This document shows positions 10,432-20,403 of a stretch of DNA of 64,000 nucleotides, piece by piece; positions within the stretch are counted from its first letter, which is position 1; each line of letters starts with the position of its first letter. The stretch is from Candidatus Fermentibacteraceae bacterium (GTDB lineage: Bacteria; Fermentibacterota; Fermentibacteria; Fermentibacterales; JCC-6). The position numbers and the translations under genes were made by a program. The stretch covers positions 43,591-107,590 of the forward strand of contig JBGSZS010000016.1 in the NCBI GenBank assembly GCA_041750285.1, written 5' to 3'. The notes beneath the pieces are model-generated. The model had not been told where the DNA came from. It was given only the letters and a program-made list of their open reading frames with translations, and searched no databases.

Positions 10432-11558
10432 CGGCCGTCCCGGGATTCGTCTCCGGCCTGGTCAGCGGACCCGTAACGCTTCTCGAACTCCCTGAACTCC
10501 TCGTCGTCGGCCCTCAGCAGAAGGTCTTCCCCATCCTTCGCTTTCCGCACCGCGAGGTAGCACAGAGTCCAGAACGAGGCGCAGCTGGAAAGCCAGAACG
10601 AAACGATGACAAGCGCCGCCGCCACACCGGAAAGGCCTGCCAGCCAGCCGGCGGCCCCCAGCCAGGGAGTCGCGCCGCCCTGAAGGCTGCCCAGGGGCGC
10701 AAGGAATGAGCCGTACTGGGAGACGAGCTGCGGGGCGGCAAGGTTCATCCCGCCCAGCATGGAAGTGACAAGACCATGACTGCCCATTCCCGCTCCGACC
10801 CCAAGGTCGACAAGGGCCATGGCCCCGCGGGCGAAGGCGACGAACAGCACAAGGGCCGCACCCCGTGCGAGAAGCCCGGTCAGCGTGTAAAGCACGATTC
10901 GTGCCGGCTGCGACGTTATCGAGCTGAAGAGCTCGAAGAGGGTTTCAAAGGTGTCCCCCCTCGTGCAGGCAGTGATCGCGGGAACCATGGGAACGGCCAT
11001 GACAAGAGCCACGGCGGCGAGCACGCCGAAGAGCGAAAGCCCCCATGCGGGAACCGCCAGGATTCCCAGAATGATCGGACCGACGCCTGGAATCCTTCCG
11101 AAAAGCCCGAAAACGAAGAGTTTGAGGAGCAGTATGGAAAGCCCGGCAAGCACTGCCACTGGAACCATGAGAAGCGGTTTCCAGTTCGCGCGGTGGAAGA
11201 TAAGCGCATCGCGGCCGCTGTAGAAGCCGTCACCCCTTATCTGTTCGAAGGTTATGCGGCTGACCTTCTGAAAAGCGCTCATGATTATCCAGACGCAACC
11301 CAGCAATGCGGCGGCCATGAAGACCATGGCCACGGTGCTTTCCAGGAAGAGCCCCTCGGGGACAGGAAAGAGCCTCGACGCCTGCCAGCGTCCGGCCATT
11401 GAATCCCCCGCGGCGAAGAATCCGAGGTAGATCATCCCGGCCCAGAGAAGCCAGGATAGAACGAGCGCCTTCCATACCACCCAGAGGTTCCTGGCGCTCA
11501 GACCGTGCTTGACCGAAAGAACCATGTCCCGAATGTCGAAACGGAGTTTGTGAACCAC
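10428..11558 (-). CDS. Hypothetical multi-pass membrane protein
   Basis: Several hydrophobic segments. GTG 11558 follows AGGGAGGA, and the stop overlaps the dnaE ATG. Confidence 0.7.
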   Translation of the reverse strand: MVHKLRFDIRDMVLSVKHGLSARNLWVVWKALVLSWLLWAGMIYLGFFAAGDSMAGRWQASRLFPVPEGLFLESTVAMVFMAAALLGCVWIIMSAFQKVSRITFEQIRGDGFYSGRDALIFHRANWKPLLMVPVAVLAGLSILLLKLFVFGLFGRIPGVGPIILGILAVPAWGLSLFGVLAAVALVMAVPMVPAITACTRGDTFETLFELFSSITSQPARIVLYTLTGLLARGAALVLFVAFARGAMALVDLGVGAGMGSHGLVTSMLGGMNLAAPQLVSQYGSFLAPLGSLQGGATPWLGAAGWLAGLSGVAAALVIVSFWLSSCASFWTLCYLAVRKAKDGEDLLLRADDEEFREFEKRYGSADQAGDESRDGR

Positions 11559-11559
11559 G

Positions 11560-12249
11560 TCAATCCTCCCTGCCTGCGGTTTCCCGTTCTTCTTCTCCGG
11601 GTCGTAACATACTTCCGGTCCCGGTTTCACGGAAGTTCACGGCAAGACACACCACTTCCGAGGCCCCGCCGGCCAAAAGGGCAAGGCGTGCGTGCGCAAT
11701 GGTTTCCCCGGTGGCCCTTACATCGTCGAGAAGCCAGATGCGCCCGGGGGGCGCCTTCGAGGGGGCACTGAAAACCCCGGACAGGTTGTGCCTTCTCTCA
11801 ACTGCGGTAAGACCCACCTGGCTGGGACCGGGATTGCGGACGAGAAGCTCCTTGAAACGCCCTCCCGTGAGGGTGCACACACGGCGGGCGATTAGGTTGA
11901 CCTGGTTGTATCCCCGTCTGCGGAGGGTGCGCCGGGAAGATGGAACGCATGTGACGGTCTCACCCGGGGAGGGAAGCCTCTCCCACTCTCCAACAGCCAT
12001 CTCAGCGAGAACGGCGCCGAGATGTCTCTCGCCCGAGTATTTGAGGCGTATCATCATCTCCCTCATGACCCCCGAGTGAAGGAAGGCCGCCGGACGGGGA
12101 GAATCGCCCCGGAAGGGAACGGGGTGGACCCTGGCCAGACACCACGGGCACAGTCTGGAACCCGGTGCGGGAGACCTTTCGGAACAGCCCGGACAAAGGT
12201 CCCGGAAGAACAGGCCTATGATCTTTTTCGATGCGAGATGTAGAGCCAT
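11560..12249 (-). CDS. comF: ComF family phosphoribosyltransferase-like competence protein
   Basis: N-terminal CPGC...CPWC, RRGYNQ and the PRT motif WLLDDVRATGET. Start trimmed to ATG 12249. Confidence 0.85.
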   Translation of the reverse strand: MALHLASKKIIGLFFRDLCPGCSERSPAPGSRLCPWCLARVHPVPFRGDSPRPAAFLHSGVMREMMIRLKYSGERHLGAVLAEMAVGEWERLPSPGETVTCVPSSRRTLRRRGYNQVNLIARRVCTLTGGRFKELLVRNPGPSQVGLTAVERRHNLSGVFSAPSKAPPGRIWLLDDVRATGETIAHARLALLAGGASEVVCLAVNFRETGTGSMLRPGEEERETAGRED

Positions 12250-13025
12250 GTTCCCAGGACAACCGAGGCGATCATCATGAACAGGCTTGCGAGCTGGTTG
12301 TCGGTTATTCCCGGTCTGCCGGCGAAGACGCTGTACCCAAGAAGGTCGAGCGGTGCATGGTCGAAATGGCGGACCTCCTCGAGCCCGAAGCGGGTGGCGC
12401 CGTAAAGACCAGTGAAAAGGCAGAAGATGAACCCCGGAAAATGCCTGCGTCTGTCTGCCAGAAGCAGGATGACAAGCATGAGCAACCCGAATCCTGATGC
12501 GTACAGCTGTGCCGGATGGAGCGGAATGCTTCCGTAGGCGTCCCAGGGCAGCGAGCCGGAAGGAAAGCACACGCCCAGTGCGCTTTCGGTGGGTGAACCG
12601 AAACAGCACCCGTTGAGGAAGCAGCCGATGCGAGTTATGAAAATGCCCAGGGGAAAAGCGGGGATCACGGCATCCACAAGCTCCCATAACGGCCAGCGCT
12701 TCCGGATGATGTAGACGAAACCGGTGACAACCGCGAGGATCACGCCGCCCAGCATGCTGAGACCGTACAGACCATTCCAGAACGCCACCATCTGTATGGG
12801 ATCATCAGTGAACTGGTCGAGATGGGTGACCACGTACAGAAGCCGTGAGCCAACGATTGCGGCCAGCATGATCCAGACACCCATGCTGGTCACGTCATCC
12901 GAAGAGATCCCCCTCGCGGAGCTGCGCCGGGCCGCGAGCTTCACCCCAAGCAGGAAGGAGACCGCAAGGGCGAGCCCGTACGAGTTAAGGGGAACACTGC
13001 CGATGTGAAAAAGTACTGGATGCAT
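12216..13025 (-). CDS. lgt: Prolipoprotein diacylglyceryl transferase
   Basis: MHPVLF..., GSRLLYV, RIGCFLNGCCFG and HPAQLY. Confidence 0.95.
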   Translation of the reverse strand: MHPVLFHIGSVPLNSYGLALAVSFLLGVKLAARRSSARGISSDDVTSMGVWIMLAAIVGSRLLYVVTHLDQFTDDPIQMVAFWNGLYGLSMLGGVILAVVTGFVYIIRKRWPLWELVDAVIPAFPLGIFITRIGCFLNGCCFGSPTESALGVCFPSGSLPWDAYGSIPLHPAQLYASGFGLLMLVILLLADRRRHFPGFIFCLFTGLYGATRFGLEEVRHFDHAPLDLLGYSVFAGRPGITDNQLASLFMMIASVVLGTWLYISHRKRS

Positions 13026-13073
13026 TCTTCCCTCCCTGAGTCAGAGGGGAATCTAACTGCTGAAACCCCCGGG

Positions 13074-14264
13074 CTACCAGCTTCTCCAGTTGCGGGCCGC
13101 GTTCAGGGCAAGACCCACCATGAGCATCTCGGTGAATATGTGGCTGCCTCCGTAGGTCATGAGGGGAAGCGGAAGGCCGGTCACCGGCATGATCCCGACC
13201 GCCATGCCGATGTTCACGAACACATGGATCAGGAAGTAGATCCCCACACCTGCCGCCATTATGGAGTTGAACGGGTTCATCGAACGTCGGGCGGCGAGGA
13301 GTATGCGCCATATGAGGAGTGCGTAGACACCAAGCAGGAAGACCGAGCCGACGAATCCGAACTCTTCGGCAAAAACGCTGAAAATGAAGTCGGTGTGCCG
13401 AGCGGGGAGATAGGCAAGGGTTTTCTGGGTCCCCCTTAGAAATCCCTGCCCGTAGAAGCGCCCGGCTCCCACCGCCACCTGGGACTGGATGATGTTCCAT
13501 CCTGCGCCCTGCGGATCCTGGGCGGGGTCGAGAAAGGTCGTGAGCCTGGCCTTCTGGTATGGCATCATGAGGTTCCATGCAACCGGCGTCAGCGCGGCTA
13601 CCGCAGTGTTGAGGACCGTCAGGAACACCCACTTCCAGGCCGGAGCCCTGTCACGGTAGAGAACAGCGCACAGCAGCAGGGTGAACAGCAGCCACCATCC
13701 GAAGCCGATGGAGGACACTGCTGCAAGGATCGGGCTGACGAACAGGAATATCCACCTGAAACCGAACCCCCCCCAGTAAAGCATTCCAAGCACGATGAGA
13801 CCCATCGCGACACCGGTCCCAAGGTCGGGCTGAAGCACTGTGAGGCCGACGAGAATGGCCACACCGCCCAGGAAGATCGGCCCGCTGCGCCTCACGGCCC
13901 CGCTCTTCAGTCCGGGAAGCCACCGGGCGGAAACAATTATCAGGGCGGTCTTGGCGAATTCCGAAGCCTGCAGGTTGACCGGGCCGATGACCAGCCACCG
14001 GCCGGCGGGACCCTGTCCGAAAAACATCGTGAGTACGAGAAGCGCGGCAACGGGAGGGTAGACGAAGGGCGACAGCTCCTCGATCATTCGCAGCGGGATG
14101 TTGTAGGCTACGGTAAAGACGACCAGCCCAACCGCAACGACAGCCAGCTGTCTGTAGAACAGGTCCCCCCCCGAATCTGCTGAGTAGACCGAAAGAAGCC
14201 CGATGCAAAGCAGAACGCCCAGGGCCAGTGCAAGCAGGAGATCGATCCTGTCACCACTGCGCAT
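13074..14264 (-). CDS. rodA: Rod shape-determining SEDS glycosyltransferase RodA
   Basis: LQASEFAK, QPDLGT, HTDFIFSVFAEEFG and PVTGLPLPLMTYGGS; lies downstream of mrdA. Start trimmed to ATG 14264. Confidence 0.95.
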   Translation of the reverse strand: MRSGDRIDLLLALALGVLLCIGLLSVYSADSGGDLFYRQLAVVAVGLVVFTVAYNIPLRMIEELSPFVYPPVAALLVLTMFFGQGPAGRWLVIGPVNLQASEFAKTALIIVSARWLPGLKSGAVRRSGPIFLGGVAILVGLTVLQPDLGTGVAMGLIVLGMLYWGGFGFRWIFLFVSPILAAVSSIGFGWWLLFTLLLCAVLYRDRAPAWKWVFLTVLNTAVAALTPVAWNLMMPYQKARLTTFLDPAQDPQGAGWNIIQSQVAVGAGRFYGQGFLRGTQKTLAYLPARHTDFIFSVFAEEFGFVGSVFLLGVYALLIWRILLAARRSMNPFNSIMAAGVGIYFLIHVFVNIGMAVGIMPVTGLPLPLMTYGGSHIFTEMLMVGLALNAARNWRSW

Positions 14265-15984
14265 CGGGATACAGCCTTTCGATCGTTTTCTCCACAATGG
14301 CCAGGGCAAGCGGGCCTGCCACGGCTCCTCCCGAGCCGGCGTGCTCGACGAAAACGGCATATGCCACGGGCGCCGGCCGGAGTACGTAACCGCACACCCA
14401 GGCGTGATCTTCCCCGGTGTGTGTCTCGGCCGTGCCGCTCTTGGCCCTAATGGGAATGGGGCTTGCGCCCATGGAAAGGTGCAGTGTACCGTTGCGCCTC
14501 GTAACCGCGGACCTGAGACCCCTGTCCAGCTCATCGAAGGTCCCGGTGGAAACGAGCGGTTCGAGCTTCTCGCCGCAGGGTTCGTCTCCGATCACCAGGG
14601 AGAGTTCCGGCATGTCTCCCCGGGATGCCACGAGCCCGCAGACCACTGCCATCTGGAGGGGGGTCGTCAGGAGTTCGCCCTGCCCTATCGAGATGTTGAG
14701 CAGATTCCCCTGCCCCCAGCCTCCGGCGCCGTACAGCTCATTCATCATGGCCCGGTCCGGGACGACACCTGCTGCCTCACCGGGCAGAACGTCCGTAAGC
14801 CGTGCGCCGAGCCCCATAGACCTTGCGATGAGTGCAAGGTCGTCCATGTTGCCATTCTGCGAAGTCCTGTAGAAATAACTGTCGCACGAAACCGTCAAAG
14901 CCTCCTCGAGGTCCAGCCTCCCATGGATTCCCCAGCACCTGAAGACATTGCCGCCGTAAGACACTGAACCGAAGCAGGGGTCGGGCATGTAACCGGCCGT
15001 TACGATCCCCTTCTCGAGAAGCCAGGCAGCGGTCACTATCTTGAAGGTTGACGCGGGGGGGTAGGCGGTACTCCATGCACGGTTGAGCAGAGGCTTCTGG
15101 GGATTGGAGAGAATGGCGTTCCAGTCCCGCGAGGAGATCCCGCCGATGAAAAGGTTGGGGTCGAAACCCGGAACCGATGAGAGGCAGAGCAGCTCACCGG
15201 TTGACCAGTCGAGAACGACCGCTGCTCCGGGATGACCGGTGGCGAGGAGAACGCTGTCGGCAAAGACCTGCAGGCCGGCGTCTATGGTAAGTGATATGTC
15301 CTCACCGGGGACCGGCGTGCTCTCGGGCGAGTCACCGAACGTATCCACGACCCTTCCGTAGGCGTCGACGACTTCCCTGATGAAACCCGGCGTCCCCATG
15401 AGCCTGTCGTTGAGTATCCGTTCAAGGCCGGTCACGCCGGTAAGCTCGCCCTGGTATCTGGCCGCGCTGTCCGCGAGGCTCACGTATCCCATCAGATGGC
15501 AGAAGGAACTGCCCAGCCGGTACCTTCTTCTGGGGGTGACAGAGACTATCACGCCGGGAAGCCTGTAGGAGTTTTCGGCCACCGGGGCCACAGAGATCAG
15601 GTCGAGGTCCTCCCGAACCACGATCGCCCTGTACGGTGACTGCATCGCGGCATCGAGCCTCTCCTCCATATCCTGTCGTGACATCGAGAGGAGTTCAGCA
15701 AGCGCCCAGCTGTTGGCGGGGTCGAACTCCGAGTGGATCACCGCGACGGAGAACGCGGGCTCATTGTCGGCTATGACCTCTCCGGACCTGTCCGTCACCA
15801 CACCCCGCGGCGCCGGCACCGCAACGCTCCTGATCCTGTTCCGGGCCGCAAGCGTGCTGTAGTATTCTCCACGAACCAGCTGAAGGTACACTAGCCTCAC
15901 CGTCAGGACCGTGAACAAAGCCAGCAGTATGAGTATCATGCTTTTGAGGGGCCACTCACGCCCCCCGCGCTCGATTCCCCTCAT
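14251..15984 (-). CDS. mrdA: Penicillin-binding protein 2
   Basis: PAPRGVVTDR, SxxK (ASTFK), SCD and KSGTA motifs. ATG 15984 overlaps the mreD stop. Confidence 0.95.
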   Translation of the reverse strand: MRGIERGGREWPLKSMILILLALFTVLTVRLVYLQLVRGEYYSTLAARNRIRSVAVPAPRGVVTDRSGEVIADNEPAFSVAVIHSEFDPANSWALAELLSMSRQDMEERLDAAMQSPYRAIVVREDLDLISVAPVAENSYRLPGVIVSVTPRRRYRLGSSFCHLMGYVSLADSAARYQGELTGVTGLERILNDRLMGTPGFIREVVDAYGRVVDTFGDSPESTPVPGEDISLTIDAGLQVFADSVLLATGHPGAAVVLDWSTGELLCLSSVPGFDPNLFIGGISSRDWNAILSNPQKPLLNRAWSTAYPPASTFKIVTAAWLLEKGIVTAGYMPDPCFGSVSYGGNVFRCWGIHGRLDLEEALTVSCDSYFYRTSQNGNMDDLALIARSMGLGARLTDVLPGEAAGVVPDRAMMNELYGAGGWGQGNLLNISIGQGELLTTPLQMAVVCGLVASRGDMPELSLVIGDEPCGEKLEPLVSTGTFDELDRGLRSAVTRRNGTLHLSMGASPIPIRAKSGTAETHTGEDHAWVCGYVLRPAPVAYAVFVEHAGSGGAVAGPLALAIVEKTIERLYPDAQW

Positions 15985-16460
15985 GCTGATCTGCTTCTTG
16001 CGTGAACTACTGCGGTCTGTACGACCGCAAGGAACAGCAGGGGTACCAGTACCCGGGGAAACACCAACAGCATCCTCTGGCCAAGGAAAAGCCCTGGCGG
16101 GCGGGATGCCAGCAGAATGAAGAGGATGTCGCTGACGACCGCGGCGATCGCTGCGTGGGAGTAGAACGAAACAGCACCGGCTGCGGTGGTTGCGCTGAGA
16201 AGGCTTCGGGCGGCAAGTATGCCAAGGATCATGGAAAGTGATGAGGTTCCGGGCGGTTGGTGGGTGAGGAGATCGAGACACAGCCCGGTGAAGAAGGCGC
16301 CCTGGATTCCCCACCCGCTGTCACGGTTCATGCCCAGGAAAACGAGCATCGGAACCAGCAGGTTGGGCGCGAACAAAAGCCTTCCCAGAGTGACCTCCAT
16401 GAGGAACTGGATGACCACCGTCAGCGCCACTGCCGCGGCGTCACGGAAAGAAACCCTCAC
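15981..16460 (-). CDS. mreD: Rod shape-determining protein MreD
   Basis: Hydrophobic 159-aa protein (PNLL, GLCLDLL) located between mreC and mrdA. Confidence 0.85.
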   Translation of the reverse strand: MRVSFRDAAAVALTVVIQFLMEVTLGRLLFAPNLLVPMLVFLGMNRDSGWGIQGAFFTGLCLDLLTHQPPGTSSLSMILGILAARSLLSATTAAGAVSFYSHAAIAAVVSDILFILLASRPPGLFLGQRMLLVFPRVLVPLLFLAVVQTAVVHARSRSA

Positions 16461-17203
16461 GGGGCACCCTGATAGGGAAGAAGAATAAGCACTTCCCCAA
16501 GCCTTCTGAAGTCAACCGCCGGTTCCACCCGAAGTGAGATGTCCAGGCCCCTTGCCCCCTCTTCGACCGATGTGACCGTTCCGATGACAATGCCGTCAGG
16601 GTAGACGCCTCCGAACCTGCTGGTGAGAACCTGTTCACCAACCCGGGGTGGTACGGCCTGGTCGACATGGCTCATGCCGAGCCTGCCATCCGCGCTGGAT
16701 GATACGAGGCCCATGGCTCCCGATTCCCCGCATACGGCACTGACCAGAACTCCCGGCAGGGTTATGGGCAGCACCGTGCAGGTGCGATCCCCGACCTGGT
16801 CGACTATTCCGACAAGACCCGCGGCTGCCAGACAGACCGAACCGGTCACCACACTGTCCCGGCTGCCCCTGTCGAGCACGAAGCCGCCCCCAACCAGGCC
16901 TTCAGTACGGTACAGCACCCTTGCCACCAGGGCCCTGGTCTCGGGAAGCCTTACATATCCCAGCAACTCCCTGTACAGCGAGGTCTTCATGGCGGCTTCC
17001 CGCAGCCTGGCGTTCTCGAGCATCAGTTCGAGAACGAGTGTCCGGGTGTAATATCCGTCATCGCCACCGGGATCCCTGAAAAACAACCCGGCGAACATTG
17101 CTCCAAGCCTGCTGCCGACACCCGACAGCAGGGCGGGGCCTGTCAGGATGAGGAGTATGGAAAGAAGGATGTATACGGGCAGCTTCTTCCGGGATCGGTC
17201 CAT
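16457..17203 (-). CDS. mreC: Rod shape-determining protein MreC
   Basis: N-terminal TM helix, LENARLR, LDRGSRD, GLVGIV and TSRFGGVYPDGIVIG. Start trimmed to ATG 17203. Confidence 0.92.
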   Translation of the reverse strand: MDRSRKKLPVYILLSILLILTGPALLSGVGSRLGAMFAGLFFRDPGGDDGYYTRTLVLELMLENARLREAAMKTSLYRELLGYVRLPETRALVARVLYRTEGLVGGGFVLDRGSRDSVVTGSVCLAAAGLVGIVDQVGDRTCTVLPITLPGVLVSAVCGESGAMGLVSSSADGRLGMSHVDQAVPPRVGEQVLTSRFGGVYPDGIVIGTVTSVEEGARGLDISLRVEPAVDFRRLGEVLILLPYQGAP

Positions 17204-17204
17204 G

Positions 17205-18254
17205 TCAATCCAGAAGGAGTTTCCTGTATCGGAACAGGTCACCCAGGATGATGCCGGCGCCCAGAACCGTACAGGCCAGCGGGTTGTCTGCGATCCTTAT
17301 GGGAAGCCCCGTCTCGCCCTCGAGAAGGGTGTCCAGCCCCCGAAGCAGCGCGCCGCCGCCCGTCAGCACTATTCCACGGTCCACGATATCACGGGCAAGC
17401 TCGGCGGGGGTTTTCTCGAGGGCCTGATGCACGGCCTCGACGATCTGTCCCACCGGAACCCTGAGAGCCTCGAGTATGTCCTGAGAACGCACCCGGTAAG
17501 TTCTGGGTACTCCGTTGATTATATCGAGACCGCTGACCTCCATGTCATCCGATCTGCCCTCGGTAACAGCTCCCAGGGTGATCTTCACGGTTTCCGCGGT
17601 GCGCTCCCCCACGAGAAGGCTGAAGTGCCTCTTGAGGTAGCTCTGTATGGCCTCGTTCATCTCATCGCCGCCCACCCTGATCGAGTTCTCCGCCGCAATG
17701 GAGTTCAGGCTTATCACGGCGATCTCCGTCGTTCCCCCGCCGATGTCGACAACCATGTTGCCGGGTGCTCCCTCCACCGGAAGCCCGACTCCCAGTGCTG
17801 AAGCCAGAGGCTCGGGGACCATCAGGACCTCACGAGCACCCGCGCGTTCCAGCGAGTTCCTAACTGCAGTCTTTTCTACCTCGGTGATCCCGCTCGGAAC
17901 GCATACGAGAACCCTGGGTCTCATCGAGAACCTTCTGGCCTGGCTTCTCGAGAAGAACTCCCTAAGCATGGCCAGGGTGGCTGTGGCGTTGGTTATCACG
18001 CCGTCTTTCAGGGGTCTGATCACGGTGAGGTCACGGTTCGTGCGACCAAGCATGATCTTTGCGTCGCCGCCCACCGCAACCACGGCTCCGCTGTCGTTCT
18101 CAACGGCGATGACGCTGGGTTCCTCCAGCACTATCCCCCTGTTTTCAACATATACAAGCGTGTTTGCCGTGCCGAGATCGATGGCCATGGAGGTGGAAAG
18201 AACACCGCCGCCATCACTGCCGGTAAACCGACGGAACATGCCCTTCAGATCCAT
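17205..18254 (-). CDS. mreB: Actin-like rod shape-determining protein MreB
   Basis: IDLGTANT, VVDIGGGTTE and GIVLTGGGALL. Confidence 0.98.
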   Translation of the reverse strand: MDLKGMFRRFTGSDGGGVLSTSMAIDLGTANTLVYVENRGIVLEEPSVIAVENDSGAVVAVGGDAKIMLGRTNRDLTVIRPLKDGVITNATATLAMLREFFSRSQARRFSMRPRVLVCVPSGITEVEKTAVRNSLERAGAREVLMVPEPLASALGVGLPVEGAPGNMVVDIGGGTTEIAVISLNSIAAENSIRVGGDEMNEAIQSYLKRHFSLLVGERTAETVKITLGAVTEGRSDDMEVSGLDIINGVPRTYRVRSQDILEALRVPVGQIVEAVHQALEKTPAELARDIVDRGIVLTGGGALLRGLDTLLEGETGLPIRIADNPLACTVLGAGIILGDLFRYRKLLLD

Positions 18255-18386
18255 GAGTTAGCAGAACCCCCTTCGGAAGCCTTGGCTGCTTCTCCAAACC
18301 GGACAGCAACATATAATGAATCGCAAGCGACAAGGGTACCCTGATGGGGTACTGACGCGATCATGGTGTGTTAACCGAAGGTCGAG

Positions 18387-19157
18387 TTAACGAATGGAGG
18401 GTTCAGGGGTAAGGCGCCAGGGCGTGCCCGGCTCGAGCGTGTCAACCGGAACCGAGGTCCTCAGGGTCCATATAGCATCCCAGGGCTCGGTGGAGACGTC
18501 AATTGTTGACATTGTAAACTCGGTTGAACCGTAAGCTGTTACAACGTGCCACCCCCCGGGCCATGCCTGGTACTCGTCGTGCCAGGACGACCGGGTCACC
18601 CGCACTTCGATGTCTCCTAAAACGAGACTTGAGGGGAAGAGCCCGCCATCATAGGTGAGGGTTGCCGTATCACCTGCGGCTTCAAGGCGCCAGACCCCGT
18701 CATCGTACAGTTCCGCCAGCACGCGGTGCTCGGGCGGGACGGGAAAACCGGTCCGAACAAGTGAGAGAAGGGAAAGAACAGGGAAGACCCCGCATCCCGA
18801 AGGAAGGCCGCCGGGTTTGAAGAAAGCCGCGTCTTCACCTGGATGGTAACCGAGAAAACCTGTCGTATCGCAGAAAAAGCTGAACATGGGCCGGCCGTCC
18901 GGGCCGTACATGTCGCCCCTCAGCCTGGGAGGGCACCTGGTTCCCCAGACGACGAACGGTCCTTCAGCCACGAGGCTCTCTCCCAGTGCCCTGGCGCGCC
19001 CCCTGAGCTGGAAATGGTCAAGGTTTTCCCAGCAGAAAGATGCCCTCGCCCAGTACCGGAACTCAGGGTTGAGGCCCGTTCCGGTACCCGTGCTGCAACC
19101 GGCAAGCAGAATAGCCGTTGAAACCGTGTAGAGCAGAATGCGGAGCCGGACCTGCAT
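18387..19157 (-). CDS. Lipoprotein, possibly LolB/DUF4292-like fold
   Basis: Lipobox LLAGC. The FQLRGRA...GPFVVW...MYGPDG pattern resembles LolB. Confidence 0.5.
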   Translation of the reverse strand: MQVRLRILLYTVSTAILLAGCSTGTGTGLNPEFRYWARASFCWENLDHFQLRGRARALGESLVAEGPFVVWGTRCPPRLRGDMYGPDGRPMFSFFCDTTGFLGYHPGEDAAFFKPGGLPSGCGVFPVLSLLSLVRTGFPVPPEHRVLAELYDDGVWRLEAAGDTATLTYDGGLFPSSLVLGDIEVRVTRSSWHDEYQAWPGGWHVVTAYGSTEFTMSTIDVSTEPWDAIWTLRTSVPVDTLEPGTPWRLTPEPSIR

Positions 19158-19363
19158 CAGGATCCGTACTGCTTCTCCAGTGCTGCGATCCGCCTGTCGA
19201 GCTCGATCTCGGTGATCAGTTTCTGACGCCTTTTCTGAAGACCCTCAGCCTTGTCGGCGGGCAGCCTCGGCAGAAGGCTGTCTATCATCGAGACCGCCCT
19301 GCTGCGGTCTCCCGATTTGGCTGTTTCATCGATGGTCTTCACAAGGTCACTGAGCTTCGCCAT
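19157..19363 (-). CDS. Small hypothetical helical protein (68 aa)
   Basis: Good RBS (AAGGGAG), helical composition, and translational coupling to both neighbours. Confidence 0.7.
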   Translation of the reverse strand: MAKLSDLVKTIDETAKSGDRSRAVSMIDSLLPRLPADKAEGLQKRRQKLITEIELDRRIAALEKQYGS

Positions 19364-20246
19364 CCCGTTGATCTCCCTTCATCATTCCGTAGCACGCTTC
19401 AAGAAAGGTCCGGACCTGGTCTGAATCCACCCTGAATCCGCCCTTTTCCGACGGGAACACGTCCCGTTCAACAACACCGTGAAAATCGCTTCCGCCGGTG
19501 AGCATGAGGCCGAAATCCCCGGCGGTGCGCACAAGGAAGGCTGTTTTCTCTTTGTCGTGGCCGGGGTAGAACGCTTCGATCCCCATCAGACCGCCTTCGG
19601 TCAGCGAGGCCACGAGTGCCCTGATGCCCTCGCCGTCCCTTCCTTCCAGAAGCCAGGGATGAGCCAGAATTGGGATCCCGCCGTTTTCCCTGACAAGGTC
19701 CAGCGCCCTGAAGTCGCCGATACGCTCCCTGGCGACGTATGCCATGGCGCCCTTTCCCAGATAGTCCCGGAAAGCCTGTTCGGTGCTGGACACGACTCCC
19801 ATCTGAACCAGGATGGTGGCGATGTGAAGTCTTCCGGTGACACCCCCGCCGGAATGATCAAGAACCTCGCGCATGGTTATCGGGATGCCCTGTTCCTGAA
19901 GCTTCCGAATGATAAGGGAGTTGCGGGAATCCCTGGCTTCCCTTACCGCGGTGAGGGCCTTTTCGACTGAACCGCCATCCCACGAAAGCGGATCCTGACC
20001 GGGGAAATAACCAAGCATGTGAGCCGAGCCCCCGCAGTGAAGCTCGACGCTCAGTTCGATCCCCGGGATGAGTGTCAGGTTTCTGCCCAGCGCAGCCCGG
20101 GCAGCTTCGGGAACACCGTCGAAAGTATCGTGATCGGTCACTGCAAGGGCGCAATACCCGCTCTCAACCGCCCTGTCCACTATCCAGGATGGCCTCATCG
20201 CCCCGTCGCTGCCGGTGCTGTGCACATGAAGATCAAGCGTTGCCAT
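19347..20246 (-). CDS. PHP domain metal-dependent phosphoesterase (YciV/TrpH-like)
   Basis: DLHVHSTGSDG, AVTDHDT, GIELS, LAHP and TGGSDFHG. Start trimmed to ATG 20246. Confidence 0.9.
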   Translation of the reverse strand: MATLDLHVHSTGSDGAMRPSWIVDRAVESGYCALAVTDHDTFDGVPEAARAALGRNLTLIPGIELSVELHCGGSAHMLGYFPGQDPLSWDGGSVEKALTAVREARDSRNSLIIRKLQEQGIPITMREVLDHSGGGVTGRLHIATILVQMGVVSSTEQAFRDYLGKGAMAYVARERIGDFRALDLVRENGGIPILAHPWLLEGRDGEGIRALVASLTEGGLMGIEAFYPGHDKEKTAFLVRTAGDFGLMLTGGSDFHGVVERDVFPSEKGGFRVDSDQVRTFLEACYGMMKGDQRDGEAQ

Positions 20247-20403
20247 AAGCCCTTTCTCAAGGATTGGAATATGCTCGCACCGCGGTGAATGGGCAATGGA
20301 GACCCGCCAGTGAACGATGCTTAACACACGGCACCGATTCCCTTGTATAGTTTTATCCTGTTTCAGGAGGCAACCGCCCCACCCGGGCCGTGAAGGGATG
20401 CGA

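Noticed and set aside
18270..18312. Minus-strand GTCCGG...GAAGCAGCCAAGGC resembling the SRP 4.5S RNA core
   Set aside because: It lacks the GNRA tetraloop and the upstream CAGG of domain IV, and there is no long enclosing stem; most likely the mreB leader.
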